Below, piece by piece: positions 8,837 to 17,244 of a stretch of 29,866 nt of DNA. The first letter of the stretch is position 1; each line of letters starts with the position of its first letter. Below the pieces are notes generated by a model, which was given only the letters and a program-made list of their open reading frames with translations, had not been told where the DNA came from and did not search any database. This DNA is from Polyangiales bacterium (GTDB taxonomy: Bacteria > Myxococcota_A > Polyangia > Polyangiales > Polyangiaceae): the NCBI GenBank assembly GCA_038240245.1, contig JBBSDY010000001.1:1-29866 (forward strand), written 5' to 3'. The position numbers were made by a program, and so were the translations under genes.

Positions 8837-9586
8837 ATGCCCCTTCCGCCCGTCGTCCTGCAGCCCCTCGTCTTGCACAAGAAGTACTCACTCGAAAAAG
8901 ACACCGACCTGATTCTCGATCGCCTGACGACGCTTGGCTACGCCGGAATCGAGGGAGGGATCAAGGATGCCGCTCTTTACAAGAGCAAGCTCGAGAGTCG
9001 CGGGCTCGCCTATTCCGCGACACACGTCTCGCTCTCCGGGCGGCCGGTTGTAAAGGACGTCATCGACTATCTTCACGCCGTCGGCGGCGCCGATATCTGC
9101 AATTCGGGTATCCTCACCTGGAAGGACCAAAAGCTCGCCGATTACCTGGAGGCGATCCCGCTACTCAACGATTTTGCACGGCAGGCCGCGCGCGAGGGCA
9201 TCCACTTTCACTATCACAACCACGCGTTCGAGTTCGACGTCGTCGACGGCAAGAAGACGGGCATGGACATCTTGCTCGAAGGGCTCGACCTTTCGGTCAT
9301 CACGCTCTGTGTCGATGTGGCGTGGGTCTTTCGCGGGGGGCGCGATCCCGCCGAGTTCTTGCAAGAGCACGCCGACAAGATCGCCTACGTGCACCTCAAG
9401 GACACCGACGGCACCGAATGGCTCGAGCTGGGGCGCGGCAAGCTCGACTTCAAGTCGATCCTCGCCGTGCTGCCCAAGCTCACGAGGGTGCGCTGGGCCG
9501 CCATCGAGCAAGATGCCACGAAGCTCGAGCCACTGGAGAGCATTGCCGTCAGCCGCGAGTACCTGCGGACCACATTCGGATACTGA
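8837..9586 (+). CDS. Sugar phosphate isomerase/epimerase (AP-endonuclease-2 TIM barrel; IolE/MocC-like), 249 aa
   Basis: Metal-binding motifs YHNHAFEF, DVAW, HLKD, ELGRG, IEQD. Confidence 0.87.
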   Translation: MPLPPVVLQPLVLHKKYSLEKDTDLILDRLTTLGYAGIEGGIKDAALYKSKLESRGLAYSATHVSLSGRPVVKDVIDYLHAVGGADICNSGILTWKDQKLADYLEAIPLLNDFARQAAREGIHFHYHNHAFEFDVVDGKKTGMDILLEGLDLSVITLCVDVAWVFRGGRDPAEFLQEHADKIAYVHLKDTDGTEWLELGRGKLDFKSILAVLPKLTRVRWAAIEQDATKLEPLESIAVSREYLRTTFGY

Positions 9587-9605
9587 AAAGCCTTGAAGGC
9601 CGGCG

Positions 9606-9992
9606 CTAACACCCGCCGCTGTGGGCGATGGGCTCCGAATAGTATCCGCCGGGCAGGCCGTTGCAGATCACGTTGACCGTTTGACCACTGCACGAGCACG
9701 AGTTCGAGATCGCGTTGCAGATGGGCTTGTTGGGATCGAATCCCTGCATGCAAACGCCCTGTACCGAGCAGCCGCACTTGATGTCGAAAAGGCAGCTAAG
9801 GCCGTGGGAGCAGTCTTGACTCGAGCTGCCGCCCGAAGAAGAGCCTCCACCCGCGGCGGTCGAGCCGGCTGCTGAACCGTCGGCAGCCGTTACGGCCGCG
9901 TCCGCGGTGCCACTGGCGTTGAAGTCAGAACCGCAGGCCAGCGAGAATGTACCAAGAGGTGCTACGAGCAAGAGAAAGAATGTGCTTCGCAT
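9606..9992 (-). CDS. Cys-rich lipoprotein with divergent Kazal-like C-terminus (128 aa)
   Basis: Lipobox FSLAC, Gly/Ser linker, 10 Cys in the C-terminal domain ending CSCSGQT...C...HSGGC. Start 9992 follows a TATCAT hexamer by 7 nt. Confidence 0.75.
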   Translation of the reverse strand: MRSTFFLLLVAPLGTFSLACGSDFNASGTADAAVTAADGSAAGSTAAGGGSSSGGSSSQDCSHGLSCLFDIKCGCSVQGVCMQGFDPNKPICNAISNSCSCSGQTVNVICNGLPGGYYSEPIAHSGGC

Positions 9993-9999
9993 ACCTTGC

Positions 10000-10005
10000 A
10001 TGATA
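10000..10005 (-). promoter_or_regulatory. Candidate -10 element (TATCAT) 7 nt before ATG 9992
   Basis: Minus strand reads TATCAT-gcaaggt-ATG. Confidence 0.45.
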
Positions 10006-10072
10006 CCCGCCGATGCGAAGTTTTGGAAATGGCCGCATTGTCAATATCGCGCTGGCGTGCGATCTTGATCGG

Positions 10073-11220
10073 ATGCAGCTCAGGCAAGCATGGCTGGGTG
10101 GGCTCATTGTGTTGGCCGGAGCCACGCACTGCGGCGGCGACGACACCACCCTAAGCCAGGCCAATAGCAGCGGCGCGGGCGGCGACGCGACCAACAACGC
10201 CGCGGGGAGCTCCACCCACACGGGCAGTGGCACCAGCGGAGCGAGCGGCTCGACGATGAGCGGCGGCCCAGGCGGACAAGGCACCGGGGGACAGGAAACG
10301 AGCGGCGCAGGCACGGGTGGAACCGGCAACGGCGGCGCAGGCACGGGCGGAAAAGCTGGCGGCGGCACAGCGGCGTCGGGGGATCGATTGCACTCGACGG
10401 CGGAGGATCCGGCGATGCATCGACCGCAACCGGGTGCGCCAAGGGCGTGAAGCCCGACGCCACCAACACCGGTGTGCCAAAGGGCGTGACCCTCACCACG
10501 TTCAACGGCGACCACAACATCACCAAGGACAACACGACCATCGATTCCGAAGACGTCCACGGATTCGTGATCATCGCCGCGAGCCACGTGAAGATCACCC
10601 GCTCCATCATCCGCGGAGGCGTGGCCACGCAAAATGGCGATGGCATCCGCGTGAAATCGGGCACCGACATCCTCATCGAAGACGTCGAGGTCGCCCTCGA
10701 CCATCCCTCGGCCTTCCTCGACGGCATCGGCGCTTCGAACGCCACCATCCGACGCGCCAACATCCACGGCGGCGTCGATGGCATCAAGATGAGCTCCAAC
10801 AGCACCCTCGAGTGCAGCTATGTCCACGACCTTTCGTACTTCGACTCCGATCCCAACCAGAATGGCGGTCCGACTCACAACGATGGCATTCAAATCCTCG
10901 AAGGGTCGAACATCCACGTCACCGGCAACCAGCTCATCACCGCGAAGAACCTGAACGCCGCCATCCAGGTCACCCAGGACTTCGGCGACGTCACCGGGCT
11001 CATCATCGATTCGAACTGGGCCGACGGCGGCGGATGCACCTTCAACATTGCCCACAAGGTCAAGGCGAGCCTGACGGTCACCGTGCAAAACAATCGTTTC
11101 GGCCGAAATACCGGTTTTGCCAATTGCCCGATCTTGAAGAGCACCCAGACCACCCTCGTGGGCGCGGGCAACGTCTGGGACGACAACGGAATGATCGTGC
11201 CCGTGCAGTCGCACGACTGA
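10073..11220 (+). pseudogene. Lipoprotein with right-handed beta-helix (pectate-lyase-like fold) domain, split by a 1-nt frameshift near 10368 (possible sequencing error)
   Basis: ORF 10073-10450 gives a lipoprotein signal (GATHC) and Gly-rich linker. ORF 10447-11220 gives PDATNTGVP...HNDGIQ beta-helix repeats. Adding one C at about 10368 yields a continuous 382-aa protein (GTSGVGGSIALDGGGSGDAS...). Confidence 0.75.
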
Positions 11221-11232
11221 CGGGCGACTCGG

Positions 11233-11241
11233 TGGTAGACT
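11233..11241 (+). promoter_or_regulatory. Candidate extended -10 (TGGTAGACT) 7 nt before ATG 11249
   Basis: TGn-TAnnnT followed by cgcgccg-ATG. The same 9-mer occurs at 22495-22503. Confidence 0.5.
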
Positions 11242-11248
11242 CGCGCCG

Positions 11249-11824
11249 ATGGCTCTCGACGAGCAGGTGCTTGGTTTCTGGTTCGGTACGCCTGCTGACC
11301 CCTGGTTCGGCACGCCCCGCCGCGAATGGTTCCACAAGGATGTCGCGTTCGACGACGAGATCCGATCCCGGTTCGGCGCCCTCCACCAGGCGGAGGTGGC
11401 CGGCGCTCACGAAGAGTGGCTCTTTACCGCACGAAGCGCGCTCGCCTACGTGATCGTCCTCGATCAGTTTTCGCGCAATCTGTTTCGCGACGCACCCCGC
11501 ACCTTCGCCCAGGATGAGCAGGCGCGGCTTGCCGCGGGGCGCGCCATCGAACGCGGCCTCGACGCCGAGGTCAGCCCCATCGAGCGCGTCTTCTTCTACC
11601 TGCCCTTCATGCACAGCGAAAGTCTCGCCGATCAGGACAGAAGCGTGGCCCTCTATCTTGCCCTGGCCCAGGGTGACCCGGCAGACTCGAACCTCGACTA
11701 TGCGCGCAGGCACCGCGCGATCATCGCGCGCTTCGGACGGTTCCCGCACCGTAACCACGTCCTGGGACGCGTCAGCACGCCCGACGAAGTCGTTTTCCTG
11801 GCGCAGCCGGGCTCTGGCTTCTGA
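11249..11824 (+). CDS. DUF924 family protein (191 aa)
   Basis: FWFG...WF, IVLDQFSRNLFR, FFYLPFMHSE, HRAIIARFGRFPHRN..LGR.ST. Confidence 0.93.
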   Translation: MALDEQVLGFWFGTPADPWFGTPRREWFHKDVAFDDEIRSRFGALHQAEVAGAHEEWLFTARSALAYVIVLDQFSRNLFRDAPRTFAQDEQARLAAGRAIERGLDAEVSPIERVFFYLPFMHSESLADQDRSVALYLALAQGDPADSNLDYARRHRAIIARFGRFPHRNHVLGRVSTPDEVVFLAQPGSGF

Positions 11825-11831
11825 GAGCGAT

Positions 11832-12575
11832 ATGTTCGTCGTCGCCATCGCCGAGCTGAAGGGATCCGCCGATAGCCTCGCGCAACTGGCGATCGACCTC
11901 GAGACGACGGCCTACGAGCTCAAGCTCACCCTGGGAGCCGGCTTTCCAGCGGTCGTGATGGCAACCGTGGACGAGCCGCGTGCCACGAACGCGATGGAGG
12001 CGATTCGTCGTCAGGGGCACGTCGCAGTGACGTGCGATCGAAGGACGATCGTACCCAGCAGTGCGATGACGTCATTGCGCGACTTTCAGCTCGAGCCTAC
12101 CGGCATCGCGTCCAGCGCCGCCTCGGGCGAGCGGTTGCCCTACGCGGATGTGCTCGCCATGCTTCGCGCTTCGCACCGATCGACCTCCACGAGCACCGAG
12201 GAGGTCAAGGAGCGCAAGCTGCGTCCGGGGATGGCGATCATGACAGGCGGGCTCATCATGAGCAAAAAGACGACGCGCGAAGTCACCACCCGAACCGAGA
12301 CGCGCGAGCAAGTCCTCTATCTTTTTCGCAAAAGCGGGGCGCCGCCGTGGATTTTGCGCGAGCGCGGGGCTCGCTACATGGGGCTTCTCGCCGACCTTCG
12401 CCCCACGAGCCTGGAGAACTTCGGAACCACGATCCGCCGGCTGCAAGAGCTCGCTCCCACGGCGTTTTACGACGAGCGCCTCATGAGCGGGCGGCCCATC
12501 CGCGGCGTGGGCGACGGAGTGGTCGCCACCGACATCCTGGCGTACCTGCTGGCGGCGCATCTTGGGGTCTGCTAG
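11832..12575 (+). CDS. Hypothetical protein (247 aa)
   Basis: ATG 7 nt after the DUF924 stop, with coherent globular composition. No family recognised. Confidence 0.7.
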   Translation: MFVVAIAELKGSADSLAQLAIDLETTAYELKLTLGAGFPAVVMATVDEPRATNAMEAIRRQGHVAVTCDRRTIVPSSAMTSLRDFQLEPTGIASSAASGERLPYADVLAMLRASHRSTSTSTEEVKERKLRPGMAIMTGGLIMSKKTTREVTTRTETREQVLYLFRKSGAPPWILRERGARYMGLLADLRPTSLENFGTTIRRLQELAPTAFYDERLMSGRPIRGVGDGVVATDILAYLLAAHLGVC

Positions 12576-12609
12576 CGCTACCCCCAAACTCGCTCGAGAG
12601 GACAATGCC

Positions 12610-13053
12610 ATGCCACTGATGGAAGACTTCAAGAAGTTTGCGTTCAAAGGAAATGTCGTCGATCTCGCGGTCGGCGTCGTCATCGGCGCTGGCTTCGGCA
12701 AGATCGTGACCGCGATGGTGGCCGACGTCGTGATGCCGTTCGTCGCCCTTCTCATGCCCGCCGGCGACTGGCGCGACAACGGCATCGTTCTTCGGGCAGC
12801 CGCCGACCCCAAGAATCAAGTGGTCCTCAAGTACGGCGACTTTCTGGGGGCGGTCCTCGACTTCTTCGTCATCGCCTTCGTGCTGTTCCTCGTGGTCTCC
12901 AAGGTCGTCAAGGCCGCCGAAGGGCGACTCAAGCTCACGGGAGGTCCCACCACCAAGGACTGCCCGCATTGCATGGAGACCATTCCCTACGGCGCCAAGC
13001 GCTGCAAATTCTGCACGACGGACCTCACCGCAGCCGCGGCCGTCATCTCGTAA
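12610..13053 (+). CDS. mscL: Large-conductance mechanosensitive channel with C-terminal zinc-ribbon (147 aa)
   Basis: FKKFAFKGNVVDLAVGVVIGAGFGKIV, YGDFL, and tail CPHC...CKFC. SD GAGAGG upstream. Confidence 0.95.
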   Translation: MPLMEDFKKFAFKGNVVDLAVGVVIGAGFGKIVTAMVADVVMPFVALLMPAGDWRDNGIVLRAAADPKNQVVLKYGDFLGAVLDFFVIAFVLFLVVSKVVKAAEGRLKLTGGPTTKDCPHCMETIPYGAKRCKFCTTDLTAAAAVIS

Positions 13054-13112
13054 CGCCAGGTGCTCCTCGCGCAAGGTGGCGCTTCTCCGAACGTGCTAAT
13101 ACGTGGGATCCC

Positions 13113-13628
13113 ATGTATTCGACCACCCCTCGAAAGCCCACGCAGGGCGACATTCGGCGCGCCGCGGATGGCCTTCGGCGCATCGTTCAGGTGTTGCGAC
13201 TCTCGACGCACTCCATCGAAAAGCGCCACGGCATCAGCGGAGCGCAGCTCTTCGTGTTGCAGCAGCTCGTCGACAACGGCGGCAACTCGCTCGCCGAGCT
13301 GGCCGCCAAAACTCGAACCGATCCCAGCTCGGTCTCGGTCGTGGTGGCGCGCCTGGCGCGAAAGGGCCTCGTACACACCAAGCGAGCGGCCGACGATCGC
13401 CGCCGCGCCGTGGTTACCCTGTCCAGCCGCGGGCAGCGGTTGCTCAGCGTTGCGCCCGAGCCCGCTCAGTCGCGCCTGCTGCGTGCGCTCGAGATGCTCA
13501 CGCGCCGCGAAATCACCACGCTCGGCGCAGCGCTCGATCGCCTGGCGGGGTCGCTCGGCGCCTCGGCGCTAGCTCCGGCCATGTTCTTCGAAGCGCCTTG
13601 CAGCGAAAGGTCCAAAACGCGTGCCTGA
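13113..13628 (+). CDS. MarR-family transcriptional regulator (171 aa)
   Basis: GISGAQLFVL, wHTH SLAELAA...DPSSVSVVVARL..KGLV, DRRRAVVTLS..G. Confidence 0.9.
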   Translation: MYSTTPRKPTQGDIRRAADGLRRIVQVLRLSTHSIEKRHGISGAQLFVLQQLVDNGGNSLAELAAKTRTDPSSVSVVVARLARKGLVHTKRAADDRRRAVVTLSSRGQRLLSVAPEPAQSRLLRALEMLTRREITTLGAALDRLAGSLGASALAPAMFFEAPCSERSKTRA

Positions 13629-15471
13629 TCACGACATCTCCCATGCTTCCACCACCGAAGGTCTTCCCATTGCTCCCTCGATGGGTCCCGGCATTGCCAC
13701 GGTCAAGCTCGAACGACACGCCACCAACGTCGGACCGCGCGTCGTATTCGTCTCTTGCGCCGCGATTGCCGTCGCCGTCGCGGCCGGCTTCATTGCCCAG
13801 GGGCTCACCCGACTCATCGCGCTCATCACCAACCTGGCATTCTTCGGGCGTCTCTCGGTGCAGTGGAGCTCGCCGGGCGGCAATCATCTTGGCTGGTGGG
13901 TCGTGCTCGTTCCCATGGCGGGCAGCGTCGTGGTGGGGTTGATGGCGCGGTATGGATCGAAAGCCATACGCGGGCACGGTATCCCCGAGGCGATGGAGCA
14001 GGTGCTCTACAACGACAGCAAGATCCCCTTGCGGATGACCTTCCTCAAGCCCATCTCGGCCGCGGTGGCCATCGGCACCGGTGGACCGTTCGGCGCCGAA
14101 GGTCCGATCATCGCCACCGGGGGAGCTCTCGGCTCCGTGGTCGGGCAGCTATTGAAGATCACCTCCGACGAGCGCAAGACGCTGCTCGGGGCAGGTGCCG
14201 CGGCGGGAATGGCGGCGACCTTCGGCAGCCCGATCGCGGCCGTCCTCTTGGCCATCGAGCTGTTGGTCTTCGAATATCGACCACGCTCGCTCATTCCCAT
14301 CTCGCTCGCCGCCGCCGCCGCCACCGCGGTCAGGATCGCCCTCGTCGGCTCGCAGGCCGCATTCGCAGTGCCCGATCTGCCGTATGTGTCGGGCTACGCG
14401 CCGGTCGGGTACGTCGCTCTCGGAGCCATCATGGGTGCGCTCTCGGTGCTCGTGACGCGCGCCGTCTATCGAATCGAAGATGGTTTTGCGAAGCTTCCCG
14501 TGCACTGGATGTGGTGGCCGCTTCTCGGAGCGATTCCAGTGGGCGTCATTGGGTATTTTGCTCCCCGCACAATGGGCGTGGGCTACGAGAACATCGAGCA
14601 GATCGTTTCGGGCAACATGGCGCTGCGCCAGGTTGCCATCCTCTGCGCCCTCAAGTTCGTCTCGTGGTCATTGGCTCTCGGAAGCGGCACGTCAGGCGGC
14701 ACGCTGGCTCCGCTTTTCACGATAGGCGGCGGTCTTGGAGCGCTGCTCGGGTTCGGGGCGACCGTGACCCTTCCCTGGCTCGACATCGACCCACGGATGG
14801 CGGCGGTGGTCGGCATGGCCGCCATGTTCGCCGGCTCGTCGCGTGCCATGTTGGCATCGGTCGTATTCGCCTTCGAGACGACGCGCCAACAATCGGCGAT
14901 CTTACCCTTGCTCGCCGGCTGCAGCGCCGCATTTTTGGTGTCGTGTCTGCTGATGCGAAACTCGATCATGACCGAGAAGATGGCCCGTCGCGGCGTGCCC
15001 GTACCCTCGGAATACTCGGTCGACTTCCTCGAGCAGATCCTGGTCCGGGATGCGCTCTCGCGCCCGGTGATCAGCCTGGCTGCCGACCGGTCGCTCGCCA
15101 GCGTGCGCGCCTGGCTCGCCTCGGGTGATCCTGGCTCCGATCACCAGGGCTTTCCCGTCGTCGGAAAACAAGGAGAGCTTCTCGGCGTGGTGACCCGGCG
15201 CGATCTCCTTGGATCGTCGCAACCATCGTCGGCGTGTGTCATGGATTGTGTGCAACGTCCGGCGATCTTCGTCCACGAGACGGCCACGCTCCGTCAGGTC
15301 GCCGATCGCATGATCCAAGATCGCGTTGGTCGCGTGCCCGTCGTCGGTAGATCGCTGCCGTTGCGGCCGATCGGAATGATCTCGAGAAGCGACTTGCTGG
15401 ATGCGCACCAAAAGCGAATCACCGGCGCCTCTCATGCCGAGAAGACCTTCAAGCTACGACCTGCGAGTTGA
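13621..15471 (+). CDS. ClC-family anion channel/transporter with tandem CBS domains (616 aa)
   Basis: GHGIPE, GGPFGAEGP, GTSGGTLAP, many TM segments, and a C-terminal CBS pair (GFPVV...LLGVVT; RVPVV...IGMISRSDLL). Overlaps the marR stop by 8 nt. Confidence 0.93.
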   Translation: MPDHDISHASTTEGLPIAPSMGPGIATVKLERHATNVGPRVVFVSCAAIAVAVAAGFIAQGLTRLIALITNLAFFGRLSVQWSSPGGNHLGWWVVLVPMAGSVVVGLMARYGSKAIRGHGIPEAMEQVLYNDSKIPLRMTFLKPISAAVAIGTGGPFGAEGPIIATGGALGSVVGQLLKITSDERKTLLGAGAAAGMAATFGSPIAAVLLAIELLVFEYRPRSLIPISLAAAAATAVRIALVGSQAAFAVPDLPYVSGYAPVGYVALGAIMGALSVLVTRAVYRIEDGFAKLPVHWMWWPLLGAIPVGVIGYFAPRTMGVGYENIEQIVSGNMALRQVAILCALKFVSWSLALGSGTSGGTLAPLFTIGGGLGALLGFGATVTLPWLDIDPRMAAVVGMAAMFAGSSRAMLASVVFAFETTRQQSAILPLLAGCSAAFLVSCLLMRNSIMTEKMARRGVPVPSEYSVDFLEQILVRDALSRPVISLAADRSLASVRAWLASGDPGSDHQGFPVVGKQGELLGVVTRRDLLGSSQPSSACVMDCVQRPAIFVHETATLRQVADRMIQDRVGRVPVVGRSLPLRPIGMISRSDLLDAHQKRITGASHAEKTFKLRPAS

Positions 15472-15613
15472 ATCACGCACATGTCTTGCGCTGTGGTCTT
15501 CGGTAAGAACAGAAAGATCCACTCAACCTGGCACGGCGAATGTCGTATTCTTGGTGGCTAGGGCGAGACGTTCTGCGTCGACGCCCGCTAGCAACTGAAG
15601 AGGTGCTTCGTTG

Positions 15614-17101
15614 ATGCAATCGAACAAGACGCCCGGTCGGTTCCTCGAGATTTCCCGTCATTCGCCCCATGCGCTCGCATTGCTGGCCATCCTGTGTGGC
15701 GCGTGCGGTAGCGGCCAACCAGAAAGCAAATACGGGGACGGCGTTGGCAACGTCACCGGAATCGGCAGCGATAGCGGCAATACCGATCCCACGGGAGGCA
15801 ACGGCACCACCACCGGAGGCCTCTCGGGTGGCGGCTTCATCAAGGTAGAGGGCGGCCTCGCCGATGACTCCGGCGGAGGAAACACGACCAGCACGGGATG
15901 CGCGTCGCTCAGCGGAACGGTGTTCACGCCTGGCAAGACCGATCCTCTCTACAACGCCATCGTCTACGTCGCCAAGGGCACGCCCGATGCGATCTCGTCC
16001 GGCGCCAGCTGTGACCAGTGCGGCGGGCTTTCGGCCGCGAAGGCGGTCACCGCGACGCTCACCGGCCCCGACGGCAAGTTCAAGCTGACCGGCGTCCCGG
16101 TGGGAAATAACATTCCGCTCGTGATCCAGCTCGGCAAGTGGCGCCGCGTCGTATCGGTGAACGTCACCGGTTGCAACGATGCACCCGTTCCCGACGATCT
16201 CACCAGGTTGCCCAAGAACCAGACCGAGGGAAACATACCGCTAACCGCCATCTCGACCGGCGGAGCCGACTCACTCGAGTGCATCTTGCGCAAGATGGGG
16301 ATCGAAGACGGCGAGTTCACCATCCCCACGGGCCCCGGGCGAATTCACATGTACCGGGCCACCGGGGCGAGCGCGGCACCGGGCCCCACGCCCGACCAGA
16401 CCACCCTCTGGAGCAACCTCGACAATCTCAAGAAGTACGACGTCGTGCTCCTTCCCTGCGAGCACGCTCCCAACACGGGAGGCAAGGCGCCCGGATATTC
16501 CAACCTTCTCGACTACACGGCGGCTGGCGGTCGAGCCTTCATCACGCACTACAACTACACCTGGATTCGCAGCCCCGACACGAAGTTTGCCCCGACGGCC
16601 AACTGGACGGGCGAGACGAAATATTTTGGTGACAACTACGATTTTCCGGTGACCGCCACGGTCAACGTCGGCTTTCAGAAGGGCAAGGACTTCGCGCAGT
16701 GGCTCGTCAACGTGGGCGCGAGCCCGACCTACGGCAGCATCGCGCTGAACCACGTCGTGCACAACGCAGACACCGTCATTCCCGAGGTCGCCGAGCCCTG
16801 GCTCACCTCCGACTCGCAAGCGAGGCAATACAAGACAGACGGCTCGATGATCTCGCAACAGATCTTGCACCACTACACCTTCAATACGCCCGTGGGAGCG
16901 GCCCCCGAGGCGCAATGCGGACGCGTCGTGTACAGCGCGTTCCACGTCAACGACACCCAGTCGGACAGCGCAACTTATCCTGCCGAGTGCAATGCCAAGC
17001 CGCTCACCCCGCAAGAAAAGGTGCTCATGTTCATGCTCTTCGATCTGGCGTCATGTGTGCAGACCGACAAGGAGCCGCCCATGATTCCGATCATCAACTA
17101 G
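15614..17101 (+). CDS. Lipoprotein with carboxypeptidase-regulatory-like (CarboxypepD_reg-type) domain and C-terminal alpha/beta domain (495 aa)
   Basis: Lipobox LCGAC, Gly/Thr linker, LSGTVFTP...NAIVYV...TGPDGKFKLTGVP..., CDQC motif, GADSLECILRKMGI. Confidence 0.75.
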   Translation: MQSNKTPGRFLEISRHSPHALALLAILCGACGSGQPESKYGDGVGNVTGIGSDSGNTDPTGGNGTTTGGLSGGGFIKVEGGLADDSGGGNTTSTGCASLSGTVFTPGKTDPLYNAIVYVAKGTPDAISSGASCDQCGGLSAAKAVTATLTGPDGKFKLTGVPVGNNIPLVIQLGKWRRVVSVNVTGCNDAPVPDDLTRLPKNQTEGNIPLTAISTGGADSLECILRKMGIEDGEFTIPTGPGRIHMYRATGASAAPGPTPDQTTLWSNLDNLKKYDVVLLPCEHAPNTGGKAPGYSNLLDYTAAGGRAFITHYNYTWIRSPDTKFAPTANWTGETKYFGDNYDFPVTATVNVGFQKGKDFAQWLVNVGASPTYGSIALNHVVHNADTVIPEVAEPWLTSDSQARQYKTDGSMISQQILHHYTFNTPVGAAPEAQCGRVVYSAFHVNDTQSDSATYPAECNAKPLTPQEKVLMFMLFDLASCVQTDKEPPMIPIIN

Positions 17102-17244
17102 CACTACGGCCCCAGGTTCTCGCTGCGAGATCGTTCATCGGAGCAGCCATCGGCTCGGGAAGGCAAAGGGCCACTCGATCCATCGACCAAGTTTGATTCG
17201 TGCACTGGATCCCTGGCTCCCTCGCGGTATGACCCCAGGTGCCC

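Noticed and set aside
10348-10356. Programmed -1 frameshift at GGAAAAG
   Set aside because: It is not an X-XXY-YYZ heptamer, shifting here gives an unnatural KSWRRH linker, and a single-base deletion at about 10368 explains the break better.
13054-15471. Fluoride exporter (CLC-F) with fluoride riboswitch
   Set aside because: The CLC-F signatures GNNLI/GREGT/GEVTP are absent, and I see no riboswitch-like leader; the gene is coupled to marR.
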